A stretch of DNA of 64,000 bases from Botryllus schlosseri (GCA_051294905.1 CM119377.1:10540001-10604000), one strand, 5' to 3'; counted from the stretch's first letter, positions 9,972 through 24,959 are shown. Notes: generated from the letters alone by a model not told the origin. Made by a program: numbers and translations.

Positions 9972-12900
9972 ATGGCAGAATCTGTGCTAAGCCGTGATTT
10001 TGACAAAGCACAGGAAAGAAGAAAAATTGCTCGATCGTTTGGTTGGAATGTGTTTGCAACATTTTGCTGTTGGTCTGCGTATGCCTCTATATTCAATCTC
10101 CAATCAAGTCTGAATGTGGAAGATGGACTTGGTAAGTGCGGCGTAGAAATATCAATCTCAGGTGCTCAATATATCATTGTGACCTACTGGTCTGTCGAAA
10201 GAATAGTCTAGGTATATTGTGTCACAATAAAATAATTGATGAAAACTAGTCAAATGGCATCCAAATTTTGTCTGACATTTTAATCATTGTGATGTGGAAA
10301 CAACAGTATCAAGTGCTAACAACTAACTCACCACCTTGACAGCAAGTTTTATTAACTTCTGGCTGTTTATCTTGACCAACATGTGCGAAAAATTATATGT
10401 AAGATCCCACTACAATAGAATTGAGATGGATTGATAGGTATTTACCAAAAATGTGCACACGGCACAGTCGGTTGAGTAAGTAGATGATTTTCATCTAATT
10501 TGGTCGTTTTATAAGGAGCTAATGTGCGGAAAATTGCCATAGAAAATAGGGAGCAGGAATGCCTAAGTAATTTTCCTCCTCTTGTAAATTGGTGTATTTG
10601 CTATAACCTTCAACACAGCAATGGGTCCTGTGACACCTCTAATGCAGAGAAGGTCTGATATCATTTTTTAGCTTTAGTAATCCTATTTGTGAGTTAGCAA
10701 TAAGCATGATAATAATGGATATTGAATCTCACAATCTTCATGCATTAAATTAGGTTCGAAGGGACTTGCCTCCTAACCAGTAGTCACCACAAATTCGGTT
10801 ACATACTATCACCGAGAATGCTATTACCGAGTATGGACAGATAATTTTTCAGGGCACGCCATATGATTTGACACACATGACATTATAACCGTGTTTGTTC
10901 CAAAACATGTAACACTTAACTCGAGAGGTACTTATGCTTTTTGTGTAAGTTTTACCTTCGATATACTCAATACAATACAGTTTCCTTAACCTAGTCATTT
11001 CCATCCAGCAGCTCATAATAAAGTTATTCTGGAATAGTGGCTATATGTAGGTAGGCTATATCACGGGAGAAAATGGATTCCGTGGCGAGGTTTCAATCTC
11101 TTTATATTGAAACAGAAAAACAAAATTTGAAACGACTGATCATTAATTTGTGGAGACCGACAACTTTTCGGATTAAACCTGTTTTACCTTACTATTCCAA
11201 CATTTTATTTTTTCCACGGACCCGAAAAAACGTCTACAAACAGAATGCTACGCGGACCACTGGTTGAGAACCTCTTATCTAGTGTCTTGTTGTCGACACA
11301 TATTGATGATAGTCCTATTCAATTTAATAAATAATGCGGACTTAGCTATGCTGATAACATTTACAGGTACAAACACTCTCGCGATTGGTTATCTGGTCTC
11401 GACAATTGCCAGCTTGTTCATGTCGCCTGTATTACTGAAAAAAATTGGAGCAAAGGCATGTTTGATTTCGTCAGATTGCTCCATGTTTTTATTCATCCTT
11501 GCAAATCTTTATCCAAGTAAGTATAATATCACCTTGTTACTTACACATGTCGCCTGCTAATGTATTTCTATATTCAGGATACTATACTTTATTGCCTGCA
11601 TGTATTTTAATGTTGCTGTTGCAATGCACTGGATTTCCTGCCATGTCGGTGCTGAATGTGCTATATGCAAACCTATATTCTACTCTCAGCGACAAGTCAA
11701 AAGATTATTGGACGATTCGCTTTTCGGGATATTTTTTCACTGGATTTCAATGCTGTCAGGTCAGGTGGTTGTTTCAATTATTTCGATAGGTGCTCAGAGT
11801 CATGCTTGTGACTTGATTCGAAGCTTGTCAAGTTGATATTGTTAATAAGAAATCGAATCAAATGCAGTCTCTTGAGTTTGCTTGTATAAAATGATTCAAA
11901 TCTGAGTCCAATCGCTGATTTATTCAAAGGATGCAGGGAAATTGAAAAGGGATGCAAATCCATCTTCAAATCTTTCGTTTTCAAAACTAAATCTACAGCC
12001 GTGCTTATTCCTGCCATATACTATTCTTCATGGTTGTTGGCATCCATCGTTGCTGTGCTGACTATTTACTATTCCAAAAATTCCATGAATAAAATGGATG
12101 ATACAGATAGCTTCGGTTCAAATACAGTATTTTGTCCTGCAGGTGTTTGGAAACATGCTTTCATATTCTGTTCTTTACGGATTTGACCAGAGTGCTTTAG
12201 AATCGAATCAAAGTTTGCTAAACTGCACGATATCCGGAAATTCGAGCTGTGTGTCAAATGAAGACAGATATCAACATTGTGGGATTAACGATTGTCAAAA
12301 TGAGAACGTTATAGAAAATACCATCCAGCAATATAAACCTGCCAGTCAAATACCGCTCTATGTTCTCCTTGGATCCGTTCTGCTTTTGGAGATTATGGGA
12401 GTTATCATTCATGCTATCGTTGTACCGAACGATGAAACTTTCAAGAGGAAAACAAAGTATTATCAGCAGGAGATGATGCCATTAAATGCCGATCAATCCA
12501 AGGTTTTGCAATCAGACGACTCTGATGGGAGGACGGTGAGCTTAACTGGCCGACAAGTATTTTGGCGGGTAATAGTGAAACTTGTACTACGGTAATAGAT
12601 ATTTACCGTACTCAAATATGTGACCAAGGGAGTGTTAAATTGCCCATTCTTTTTCTCAGAATCCAAGGGCATTGTCCGCATCACTGATGCTCAATATGTC
12701 TAGTGGTAGTTCATGTGATTCTAAAAAGTCAATGGCTTTCATTGATGTACATTTCCATCAGGACTGATGAACATTTGCGAGTGTGCTTGATGCCGGCTAT
12801 CAGCAGATACCTTTCGGAATAGGGCCTGATTCAATTCAGTGCATGTCATCTATAACTGCTCCAACTCAAGGAGAAATATAAAGTCGACTTTTCAAATTGA

Positions 12901-14812
12901 ACTCAAATTCCACAACTTATCTTGCAAAATGAAGCTCTGTTGCAGAAGGTTGTTATTATATTCAAATAAAGGTATGTTCAAAACACAGAAATATAAAGCA
13001 TATTACATTCAGAGTAGGTTATAAAATAGAGGTTGCCTGTGGTTAGGGTGAAAAAACACAAGTGAAAAACTAATGACCACACATAGCACAACGTAACTAA
13101 CAGCAAACCGACCAAACTAAGAAGACAACTCCTAATCAACAATTACTGTAAGAAGAGGTCATGCGATACTTGATTATTCTTACTGCATCAACAGTACTCC
13201 TGAAAAACTTCACTTCTTCCGAATTAAATGACACCGCCGCAGTAGTGTCTAGTGCAGTGGTTCTCAACCTTTTTGTCTTCGCGGACCCCTTTTGGACCGT
13301 CACGGACCCCCGCGGACCCCCCGAAGTTTTAGTTCAAAATTAGCTCAATTATTGTGCAATCGTTATCTGTCTTGTGCAAATAATAACTGTAGGCTAGTGA
13401 TAAACAGTCACAAAATGACTTTTCTTGAAAATAACATCATACTATTTATGTAGAAATTAGGCTGACTTTTATTATTTCAAAGCGAATTCTGCAACTGCCC
13501 CGAAGGTTCACTTTAAATTTAGCTCATTTATCGTACAACTATTTCCGTCGAGTGCAAACACCAACTATAGGATTGTAATAAACAGCAACGAAAGTGACCA
13601 TTGACCATTCTGGAAAATAACATCATAGCCTTTTAATTATGTAGAAATTGAGAATACTTTTATTAATACAAGGCGAATTCTAAAGCTAAATGTTTTGTAA
13701 TACGTGCCGTGTCTTGAAAATCTGCGCCTTCGATTTGAAATAAACTAGTGTTGAAAACCCGTTTCCACTAACAGAGGTGGTGGCGAATGTATTAATGGCG
13801 CGTATCGCTTCCGACGACACATTGGGGTATGATCGCAACAAATATGGTACCAAAATTGACAAATTAGTTTTTTTATTGAACATATAACGTCAAGCCTGGT
13901 CATTTCTATACAGCAAAATATTTGTCTCAGTAGGTCATTGGCAATTTAGCAACTAAAATGAGTCTGCATAGTAGGATATTTCATCTCAGACGGTGATTAT
14001 GTTTATGTGAGTTCTACTAGTAATGAAGCTAAACTGCTTCGTGATTTTCCTAATTTAAAAAAATAAAAATGAGGTTATCAACTATTTTTTAAATTTAGAG
14101 GCTTCGCGGACCCCCTGAAAATGCTTCACGGACCCCCAGGGGTCCGTGGACCCCCGGTTGAGAACCACTGGTCTAGTGAATTGTTTTATACTACTGTTGC
14201 TTTTTCTACAACAGTTGTAGGTAAAATCTGTTTTCCTGGGAAATATATTAAAGGGAAAGGACGTTGACCATGGTAACGAATCAGTTTGTAGAACAAATAA
14301 CAGAACTGAAATGGCATTGAAAGCACTCAAGTATGAATAGCCTGCTGTAAAGCAGTCTACGAACATTATGCGTCACTGCAATTGATCAAAATATTTGAAG
14401 TGATATTGCTGTGTTGCGGAACTGTGTTGCGGATCTGCATCAATCTGATGTTCAATCAAATGCTTCCTTGGAATAGTTGTGAGCTTTCTGAAGCTGGCCA
14501 AATTTTAGTAAAATGTATTTTGGACCCTGCGCAGTATCAATGTTAGACATGATTTGGATTATTTTTCTTAGTTCATGTATGTAATTCTGCATAGGTCTCC
14601 TTGTATCTTTGTACATTTACGCTTTTTTTTGTAGAACTACATGCGCTAGTTATCATTTTATGAGGATGGGGTTTTACTTTGCTCGATATCAGGTATGATA
14701 ATAGCTGAAAACATCGGTCCAGATTTCCGCTCTATTCATGCTCCATTTTGAATTTGAAGCATTTAATGGAATATAACATTGTTGATTGAGCCTGGCTTCT
14801 TTACTTCCTCTG

Positions 14813-14858
<46 letters not shown>

Positions 14859-16985
14859 GTGGTAATTAATTATAAAGATGTATTTGTTTCAAAAGAGAAT
14901 GAATATTATGTTAATGACAAAAGTTATTTTGATAAAAATATAAGTCGCTATGAAAGCAAATGTCATTATTCATGAGAATTCATGTGGTATCACGTCATCT
15001 ATACAAATGCTCAACATTAATACTGCATAGCGTTTATCTCCGCAGTGGAATCAGAATAGCTTATGTCCATTTTTATCATTTTGGGAAAATCAAACTTTTG
15101 TATAAGATTGCCATTTTTTTTCTACCATATCCTGGCCATGTTTATGCTTCACATAATGTGGTATGGCCGTTTATGACCTTTCATGGTAAAGCTTTGAGAT
15201 TGTTCCATGTTTCCTCAACCGATATCTGTTCGCAGCATCTGTGCAATATATATACAGTAAATTATGCATATATAATTATATATATATGATATACCCATTT
15301 TTAGAATCCTACGATACGGTCACTGGTTCTGTTTACGGCAAAAGGAGCCTATCATCATATTATGCAGTTACAGTTGCTGTTACTTGTACCAGTAACCTTT
15401 TATAATGGAATAGCAATGAGTTTTGTATTCGCCGAAATCACCAGGTCTTACGTGTCATGTGTTGTCGGTGTACAATGGGTGAGTGGATGGAATAAAACTG
15501 GATTGTTTATGGTGTCTAAGCATAGTTGGTCAAAGTAGTCATCGATTCAGCTCGGGTCGATGTATAGGTAAATCTGTATTACATCATTCGAGTTCGATTT
15601 TGGGGCAGTGCCAAACTTTGAATGTAGATATAAAATGTAGGCAATCCACTTAGCTTACATATTCCAGAAATATAGAAGTCCTTGTAACTGGTTGCCTTGT
15701 ACAAGTGCGGTGAAACTTACTAAATCATGCGTTGAGGTCAGAGTCAAACTAGTCTCCACTAACAGAAATATTGCCTAATCGACTGGTCAACAAATCAATT
15801 AAATATAATTAATATTACATATATGTAGGCTGTATGGCCTCATAAGTGCTGAGCATCAGGACTAGTGTATAAGATGTAGTGTAGGCGTTCTACCATCCTG
15901 TAAGCATAAGTTATCTATGAAGATAGTAAACTTGGATTATATTAAACAAGTTTCGGTAACTGCTAATATTATATTTTCACATTTTATTTCCTCATGTGTA
16001 GTTTCAAAACCAACCTCTTCTCGTGTGTGAGTTATTACCTCAACACCATGTAGTCACAAGTCGCGCAGACCATACCTGTATCTAATACTCTTTAATCACT
16101 CCTACAGGTTGGTGTGTGTATGGCATTTTTTGGAGCGTTCGACTCGTTATTTTCTTGGTTTGTCGGAAAGCTCGGTAGAAAGATCGGTCGCATCGGGCTC
16201 TTTATGATGACACTGTGCCTGGAATGCGGAAATTACATATTCTGCCTGTTATGGTTTCCTTCTTCAAGCATTCTTTTTTCGATCATCAGCATTTTCTGCT
16301 TGTTTGGAGTCACTGACGGAATTTTACAGACCATTGTTAACGGTTTGCAACCTGTTATTGTTGCTTATGCTTTTTGTGTTCGTGTATATTGTATTTCTTT
16401 TTAGTGACACACATCGACCTATTTCCGGAGAATAAAGAAATTGTCAGTGTAGTGTGGAACATGATTGTCAATCTTGGTTTCTCTACTGGAATGATGCTAA
16501 GTCGCATGATGTGTGTTTGGCAAAGAATTTTTCTCAATCTTGGCATCATCATCACAGGAACAGGCTTTTTGGGTATGTTATCTGCACTTTTTCTGCTACC
16601 GTGTAGTATATCTCGTTTAAAATGGATGGTTTAACACTGTTTTGACTTTTATATTTGATTTTGCCAACTCGAGATTTCGCAAAGCAACGATTATGGCTGA
16701 GGGTTGTGGCAAGGGTACCGGCCACTAGAGGTTAATCAACATACCAGCCATCTTGTAAATTGAATTGACTGGTTGATAAAAATGAAATATTTGAGCTCTG
16801 ATTTGTGGTACAGATCCTAAATATAGCTTTCACAACAACTTTCATTGCCATTATATGAAACTTGAATAAATATTATTACCTCTTTCAAGAATTAACGATT
16901 AGAATGTAGCAAAAAAGATGTCATTTTGAAACAAAAACCAATGTTGTCGAGCAAGACCGAAGAAGACGAAGTCGAGAGATTCTGA
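9972..16985 (+). CDS. UNC-93-like MFS membrane protein A (8 exons, ~514 aa)
   Basis: Exons 9972-10131, 11367-11516, 11578-11759, 12143-12535, 15305-15478, 16108-16342, 16405-16572, 16903-16985 (last exon least certain). All GT-AG, frame continuous. UNC-93 signature NLQSSLNVEDGLG, ANLYP.YYTLLP, HCGINDC loop, DGILQTIVN. Confidence 0.85.
13255..14170. mobile_element. hAT (Charlie-like) MITE in intron 4 of UNC-93 A
   Basis: TIR CAGTGGTTCTCAACC / GGTTGAGAACCACTG, perfect 8-bp TSD GTCTAGTG, subterminal CGGACCCC repeats. Confidence 0.93.
14815..14855. repeat. (TG)~20 microsatellite
   Basis: Uninterrupted TG run in intron 4 of UNC-93 A. Confidence 0.97.
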
Positions 16986-17873
16986 AAAGTAGCCATGGCA
17001 GCAATACCACAAGGTTGTTTAACCCTTCATGCATACAGGAGTGACACGTTCAAACTATGACAAGCTAAAGTTCAAAATAATGACAGATATATTAGTGATA
17101 CAAAGATCAGGATTATCCGATTGAATAAGCATTGATTCTGAAGTCTTCAAATGGAAATTGATTTGCCCTTAGAATGACATGGGAAATCTCGTCATTATAG
17201 TTATGAGCACACAGCGCCTTTCGACTGGGTTTTACACTAGAGTGCGAAGTCAAATCGGTCAAGAAACACCCATAAAGTTCTTCAAGTTTAAAACGTAAAC
17301 GCTATTGAAGTTGTTGTAAAAAATTACCATATAAACCAGCCAACAGAAAGACAATATGATCCCCGCAATTTCATCGCGTTATATATACCACAGTTGTCAA
17401 AATGGTTGCATGATTACGATGTCCATCTCAAGATCTCTTCAATTTATGCCGATTGCACATAATAATTGCCGAGTTGAATATATGTTCCTTATATATTTCA
17501 GTGATTGCAGATGTTCGTCATCGCAAGCGAAAGAGTGAAGGAGCTGACGATTAATTTAAATGTCTCATATGAACCCTGAAACAATATTAGTCTATTTTCT
17601 AGTTAGCATGATGGACCGACATCGACACTAATGCCTCCTCTTTTCAAACACTCCATTGTTACCAAGTTGCCTGATGTACATATTCAAAGGAGTCAGAAAT
17701 GTTTCTTATTGGCGGTATCGTTGAAGTGAAATCTATCTGCTGATAGCTGCGTTGTTTGGTTATATCATTCGTATCACTACCCATATGCAACAAATTCAAA
17801 TCTCTACTTGTGATTTTGAAAGTTTTATCTCGCCACTAATTTATAATTGCAATTGATTTAGATTATTTTTATA

Positions 17874-20800
17874 ATGACTAGTTTGAACATTTTCGATAAA
17901 GAAATTGAACTGAAAAATATTAAACAGTCCTTCATCGGTTACAACATTGGAGTTTTTTGCTGCTGGGCTGCGTATGGATCAATATATAATTTACAATCCA
18001 GCATTAATGTGGAAGGTGGGCTAGGTAAGGCGTCAAGTTTCAATTTCATCATCTTTGGAATGCTAATTAGAGTACTATGCTTGATTATATCAGACACCTG
18101 AGAAAGTTGCATGATATGTTATGATTTGTTGCATTTTATGACTGATCTCGTCATATGTAATAGACAGTGTTGTCCCACAAGCACCATAATTACTTGTTAT
18201 TGGCTCTGCTGCATTTCCATGTTGCTTCAAGATTCGTCATCAAAAGTAGACTCAACCAAAATACATTACATCGTCCCAAAACCCTCTTTATTGTAGCCTA
18301 CTTTTCGAGACACATGCTTTTTAATTTTACTCATAATAAAACTATACTGAATTGAAATGAGATATATGCTTGTGAATAGTATCTAAAATACTTTAACCCT
18401 CTTTGCATCAATATGTACACTTCCTTCACCTTGCAAACTGCCAGCGATTCGGATGGTGTCAATATCTCTGGAGAAATCATGCGTCAAGATGCTAACCAAA
18501 TCATTTTCTCCAGGTACCACAACCTTTGCCGTTTCGTATATCATCCAAGGTCTACTAAGTGTATCGCTGGCTCTGATCATGCTAAGGAAGTTCGGTGCTA
18601 AAATATGTTACGTTGTGGGGGATCTGGCTGTTTTTCTTCTAATCGTATCCAATATATATCCAGGTGAGAAGCATACTGAAAATGTATTTAACATACTTGT
18701 GTATTCACAAATGTAACTCATTGCTTCAGCGTACTACACGCTATTGCCTACGTCAATTTTGATGTTCATCCTTCAATGTGCAACATGGCCAAGCATGTCA
18801 ATGTTGAATGTACTCTATGCGAAGTTGTATTCATCAATAACTGCGAAGAATATAGACCGTCACGTTATAGCCTTTTCCGGATATTTCTTCACCACTTTTC
18901 ACAGTTCTCAAGTGAGTAGTTGGTTCTTTTTGTTCATTCATTTGTTTATTGATATTTTTATCAGTTCAAAATATCACTAGATGAAAATACAATGATCGGG
19001 TAGGAAGGAGTCAAAACAACGTGGTGAAGCTCATCAACAAAATACCCAGCTTTGCTAACAGATAGCAATATAAATGTGTTAAAATTATGAGAATGCACAG
19101 GCAATGAGAAACCATCGAGACCATTGAGATTAATAATGTTTTGGCGTGGGGCGTGACAAAAATACGATCCAGTTGATCACAGTCTGGTATTGATCTAGTA
19201 AAACATTCTGATTATGGTTTGCAGGCTCCACTGAACGTGTTATGCATTTATGCTTAATTTGTAGGTGTTAGGAAACTTGATGTCATACGCTTTACTTTAC
19301 GGGTTCGATCCAATTGCTGTTACAAGTGACAACTCTAACTGCGATACCAACAATTCGTTATGTAATTCCACCTCAATCAGAGATTATCGACACTGTGGAA
19401 TCAGAGATTGCCAGAATGCAACTATCATCGAAGAATCTCTCGCAAAATACAGACCTCTCAATCCGAGGTCGTTTTATGTCCTTCTGGCAGTGGACTTTGT
19501 GCTCGTTGCTATAGCCGTGCTGATTCAAGCGTATCTAGTGCCAAACGATGCCGTTTTTAAGAAGAAAGCGAATTATTTCCAGCAAAATAGGCCATTTGAA
19601 TCTCGAGAAGCAGAAAATCTTCAAGACTCAGAAGGAGAGGTAAAATTAGTTTATTTTTGGTACTAAAATTGTATATCCTTGTTTCAATCAGTTATCATGT
19701 CAATGCCTGCTTTTTGGATATACCATATGCAATTCAGTAAGCAAACTGATTCAGCTTACTGTTAATTTCATTCTATACAAATATACTCTGGATTGTTAAT
19801 GTCAATGAAATGGCAACTGAATCTTTTTACGAGTCATGACTCTGACCCTGCTGACCCCTCATTTCAACCCAGTCAACTATGAAGCAACGTATTCAAGGTA
19901 GGATTACTATATTTTGAGATGCGGCAAACAGAACACTTTTTACGAATCACAAAACTTGTATAATCAGACGAGGTAACGGGTAATTTGAAAATTTTTACTA
20001 CAAATACTGTTAACCTAAAAAAAAAAGGTTATTTCTCCGATTCGACTTCCAAAAAACCCGTTCTAACATAATACTGTTCTGTTCTGTGCTTACTAAAAAT
20101 AGATCTTTCAAAATCTGCACCCTCTAGACATCAACATCCGGTTTCCGCGCGTTTTTAGATGTGTCTGTGCAATCGCCTGCCTATCAAAACTATAAAGAAG
20201 AACGGATTGACAAAAAGGGGGAGATTTAGGCATCCTCGGAGGATCTTTTCGATTTCTTGTCAAAACCTCTTAAAGTAGAGTTACCATATTTTGCGATTGG
20301 GAAAAAAGGACATATGACGACCCTATCCTAAAGGCGAGCGTATCATAACCCGACTCCATCAGAAATTAAATTCCTGCTTTGAGTCAACATAACGAGAAGT
20401 AATTTAGATGTTTTTGAGATAATTTGTTTGCAAAACGAATTCATTTCTCCAAAAGTTTGAAAACTGCTAATAATAATACTACTTCGAGATTTGGTTGGAT
20501 TGCCGTCTCTGCGTAATGGTAGAATGCTAGATCCTAGTTCATCAATCTCCGACCTTTTTACAATCTCATTCCACGAGTACCACTTCCTGCGGAACAACTA
20601 ATTTGATTGAGTTATGTTATATTCCGAAGAATACTATTAGTCTACTAAAATAACACTACAGTATCACAACTAAATTTAATGAGATCACGCGTGCAATTTA
20701 GTAACACCGCATTGAAAGTCTTTTGCTTGCGCACCTAGTCGGTTCTGATGTTTTTACGTGATGTTCAAGTGCATGCTAATATTTTTGCAAACAAAGCCAG

Positions 20801-22318
20801 AAAAACAAAGTTTAGAGCTCTGCATCCAGGTTTCTGTGAACAAAACAGAAGCTTCTCGTGTGCCACCTGAATATCCTTTGCGTACCAAAGGTTGAACCCC
20901 TGTAAAAGTGTGTAAATCAAGTCCTTACTGTCCACACCTTGAACGTATTATTTCGATGCAATTTGCAGACTGTTATTGTGATTGAATTCTCTGTATCTAC
21001 CATAAAAGCAGTGTTTCACCATTGCTGCCAAGTGAAGTTTCTATTACTTATTCCAATCAGCCTCTATAATCCGTTGGCGATGTAGTTTGTGTATGCAGAA
21101 TTAACGAGGTCCTTGTCTTCCTGCGTTCTTGGTTTCCAATGGTTACTGACATTGTATTTTATATTACGACACACGCTTGAATTCATTTTCTTTCAGGTCG
21201 GAATATTTATGTGTGCATATGGTCTTTTTGATGCGATATTTTCATGGCTGATTGGGAAATTCGGGAGACAAATTGGTCGTGTACCGATATTTCTGATCTG
21301 TTGCGCTATGGATTGCGGAAATTACGCCTATGTTATGCGATGGTCACCTGGACCTCATGATGTTATTTCAATAATTGCCGTATTCGGGACTTTTGGGATC
21401 GTAGATGGGATGCTGCAAACAATCATAAATGGTTGTATTACTATACTATGTTTTCATTAAGTCAAGTATATTCTTTTTTCTTTTACAGTGACTCACATTG
21501 ACTTTTTTCCAAAACACCAGGACATTGTCCTAATTAGCTTGAACATTCTTGTAGCATTCGGGTTCGCGCTGGGCTTGGGCTCCAGCAGAATCTTATGCGT
21601 TTCTTCGAGAATATACTTGAACCTAGGATTTATACTGGCGGGAACAGCTCTTGTTGGTAAGACTATACAAAATTATTGCTGGATTAAACTAAACAGTCCC
21701 TAGATTCATTAGAACACGCTCGGTGAAAAGCTCACCCTTAACTCATCCGCTCAAGATTGATGTAGAACTATCAAAGGCCATAAATTCTGCAATGGCCGTC
21801 ACTTGTTGGATAATCCCGCCTGTGCGAAAAATTATCGAGACAACAGATGTCTCATACTCGGAAAGGGTCTTTAACACTTTCATTGGTGTGCCTTGGAGTC
21901 GACTTTTATCAAAATACACCAGCCAAGACTGTGTCAACAAAAAGAGTTTGTGTATCATCTAAAAATAGTACATTGAACGCTCTCGTATTCGGCATTTCAT
22001 GCTGGTGACGTCATATTTTGTGCTACGATTGTTGATATACGATGTTCTTTTGAATTCTCTACTAGTTGCTGACAATTACCCCTGACGAGAGTCAGCCGAA
22101 AATATTCGGGTTCATTTCAATATGAATATACTATTCAGTTGTATATTGAAGTTCTGTACCTCCAAGAAGCTGTTCAAATATGTCTATGTAGTACAATTAA
22201 GTTGAACTGAGTTTGATATTTCATGATCAATACAGTTTTTGCCGAATTCTACAATAGACAAGCACCGAAGTCCAAGGCAGAGGATATGACACCAAGATTG
22301 GACGATCCTGCTTTATAA
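17874..22318 (+). pseudogene. UNC-93-like gene B, probable young pseudogene or null allele (8 exons)
   Basis: Exons 17874-18024, 18514-18663, 18730-18911, 19265-19639, 20969-21142, 21197-21431, 21489-21656, 22236-22318. Lengths match paralogs (150/182/174/235/168). In-frame TAG at 21083-21085; intron-5 donor reads TT (21143) instead of GT. Confidence 0.8.
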
Positions 22319-23324
22319 ACTTTGGATAAGTTACCCGTTCAGCCAGTGGATATCATCCATTTTCATGTTGACCATTGAAAACATTTCAACTTACTTCCAG
22401 CTTCCCAGTATTATCCATGTTATGGCATATTCTCCTTTTCCTGGTAATAATTAGTACTAGCAGTCTGTATGCCTGATTTGTATTTTCCTTGATATATTTC
22501 GTGCATGATTGGAACACTATTACATTCTCATTGGGATTTTTATGATGTGGGATTATTTTTACAATGTTTCATAATTTTTATGACTGTGTCACTCTGCTAA
22601 CATACCTCATTCATCAAAATAGCGGATTTGCCCAATAACTGCCTCCGGTGTGACAACCATGTTTTTGACATTTGCTTCAGCCTTGACAGTAATTAAAACT
22701 TTGTCGCTGACAGTATTATAGCGACACCATACCTGTGGATGTGGATGTGTTTTTTACTAGCCGTACACTAATGAAGATTTGTGCAAATGTGACTATGCAT
22801 TTCAATTTACTTTGTTTTAATGGCCATTATTTTATGTATTACCAAAGTATAGGCCTACCTCTGACATTGAATGCAAAATGCTCCTCAACAGTTCGTATAT
22901 TTTTTATTAGTTTAACCATATCCAAGTATGTAACCATGTTTTATATTGTACTTTTTCTGTACTTGCCAATTTTACAAGCATAAAAGAACTTTCCTGTGCC
23001 GAAATCAATCCAATAATGTGACCCTCGAATAGCGGCATTACCCAGATTATATGCCAGCATTCTAAAATAGGTTTTCCTGCCAACAACTTATTGACAGTGA
23101 GAATTTTTTTTAAGACACGCCAATTTATCACATGGTTGGTTCATTTCGTATTTTTAACATCACTCGGATTGCAGTGTTGGTAAATAATTCATCATCGCTA
23201 AAATTTGTGCTTGTCCTGAAACTTGAATATCACCAAGTTACACTGGACTTATGACTAACAGTTTTCGATAAAAATGTGTTTGAATTTTCAGAGAGTTCTA
23301 GCAATTGTAACTTGTAACAAAAAT

Positions 23325-24959
23325 ATGTCAAAAACAATGGAGAGTCTATTAAGTTCCGAAAAGAAGAAACAATGGATGAAAATCATGGTGAAAGTGAATG
23401 AAATGAGGGCAAGCGGGACAGAATGTGATTTCACGATCAAAGTCGATGAAAAAATGTTGCATGTCCACCGCCTAGTGATCCGTGCTGCATCAGATTATTT
23501 TGACAAAATGCTTTCGCACGACACCATAGAGAAGCAAAACAGCTCGGTGACGTTGAGAGATGTCAACTTCGCTGCTGTGCAAGGTTGTGTCGATTTTATG
23601 TACACTGGAGAAATCGAAATTACGCGCACCAACACGAATGACATCCTCCATGTGGCCAGTATGTTTCAACTTAACGAGATTTGCGAAAAAGTGGCTGTCA
23701 TGTTGCAAGAGTCTCTCGAAGTCGCAGTGTTTTTTGAAATCCGTGAAACCGCGATCATGTACAATCTCGAAAACCTGATTACATCGTGCGACAAATTTTC
23801 CCTGGAAAATCTCGAGCTCCTTTCCAAAGAGAAAAACTTTTCAAATCTTGATGTTCATTACGTCATCAAGTTGCTTCGCGACAAAACTTTCGCTAATCCA
23901 AATGAAGAGGACTTGAAACTTGCTGTTATCTTGACATGGATCAATGCCGACTTGGAAAATCGCAGATGTCATCTAAACAAGATGACCGCGTGTTTGAATT
24001 TTGCCAATATAAGCCCAAGTTACAGTCTCCGCATATCAGAATACGAAGCAGTTTGCTACGAGTCTAGCGAATTCATGAAAGCTCTTTTCATCTCGCAGAT
24101 GAAAATGCAAAGGCATGAAGCCAAACCCGCCCAATTGCGACACCCCGGAATCACAAACTGCATTTTGGTGTTTGACCTTAGTAGCAAAGAATTAAAACGA
24201 TGCGACCCCAGCAACGGCGAGACTAAATCCTTGGGTCCGTTGCATGGCGATTTGGGTGGCGGTAAATTGTACACATCATGCATATTAGGTAACTACTGTT
24301 ATGTGCTGATGGAAAACAAAAAGACTTTCCGCTATGACTTCACAAAACCGGAAACGGGCTGGGAGACCAGGCAAGAAATGGCCCACGGCCACGAATATAT
24401 GAGTTGCGTCACAATCGGGGATGCGATTCTAGTGGTCGGCAAGGACTGCATGGAAAAATACTGTGAATCGGAGGACAAATGGTCGGATTTTGATCATTGG
24501 AAAGTCGACTGTAATCAATCATCACTTGCAGCCAATGCGAATTTTGTATTTTGCGTCGGGGGCGTTAAAGACGGAATTGTCATAAATACTGTTAGTAAAA
24601 TGGCAATACATGAAATGAAATGGAGTCATATACGGCCGGCACTATATAAAAGAGCTACACCAGCCGCTGTTGTCTTTAACAATGTTCTGTATGTGGCTGG
24701 CGGAATAAGGGGGTCCTTTTTGAATCACCTCGAAGCATACAATATCGATGCAGATACTTGGACGGAGCTTTCGCCTTTGAAATTGTCCAGAAACTTATTC
24801 AGGCTGTGCCTTGTGAATAATAAAATATTCGCCATTGGTAATAAGAAGGAAACACTGTCTCTCGAGGCTTACGACGTGGAAAAGAATGAGTGGACGATAG
24901 AGGATCGAAATTTTGACTTTAGTATTATGGGACTGGCGTCGGTGCCATATTGTTTGTAG
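23325..24959 (+). CDS. BTB-BACK-Kelch protein K3 (~544 aa), intronless CDS
   Basis: ORF 23274-24959; start placed at 23325 (MSKTM) by alignment with K4 (MSQIM) and because a TTTTCAG acceptor at 23291 lies between. BTB CDFTIKVDEKMLHVHRLVIRAASDYF; Kelch LYVAGG...EAYNIDADTWTELSPL. Confidence 0.92.
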   Translation: MSKTMESLLSSEKKKQWMKIMVKVNEMRASGTECDFTIKVDEKMLHVHRLVIRAASDYFDKMLSHDTIEKQNSSVTLRDVNFAAVQGCVDFMYTGEIEITRTNTNDILHVASMFQLNEICEKVAVMLQESLEVAVFFEIRETAIMYNLENLITSCDKFSLENLELLSKEKNFSNLDVHYVIKLLRDKTFANPNEEDLKLAVILTWINADLENRRCHLNKMTACLNFANISPSYSLRISEYEAVCYESSEFMKALFISQMKMQRHEAKPAQLRHPGITNCILVFDLSSKELKRCDPSNGETKSLGPLHGDLGGGKLYTSCILGNYCYVLMENKKTFRYDFTKPETGWETRQEMAHGHEYMSCVTIGDAILVVGKDCMEKYCESEDKWSDFDHWKVDCNQSSLAANANFVFCVGGVKDGIVINTVSKMAIHEMKWSHIRPALYKRATPAAVVFNNVLYVAGGIRGSFLNHLEAYNIDADTWTELSPLKLSRNLFRLCLVNNKIFAIGNKKETLSLEAYDVEKNEWTIEDRNFDFSIMGLASVPYCL

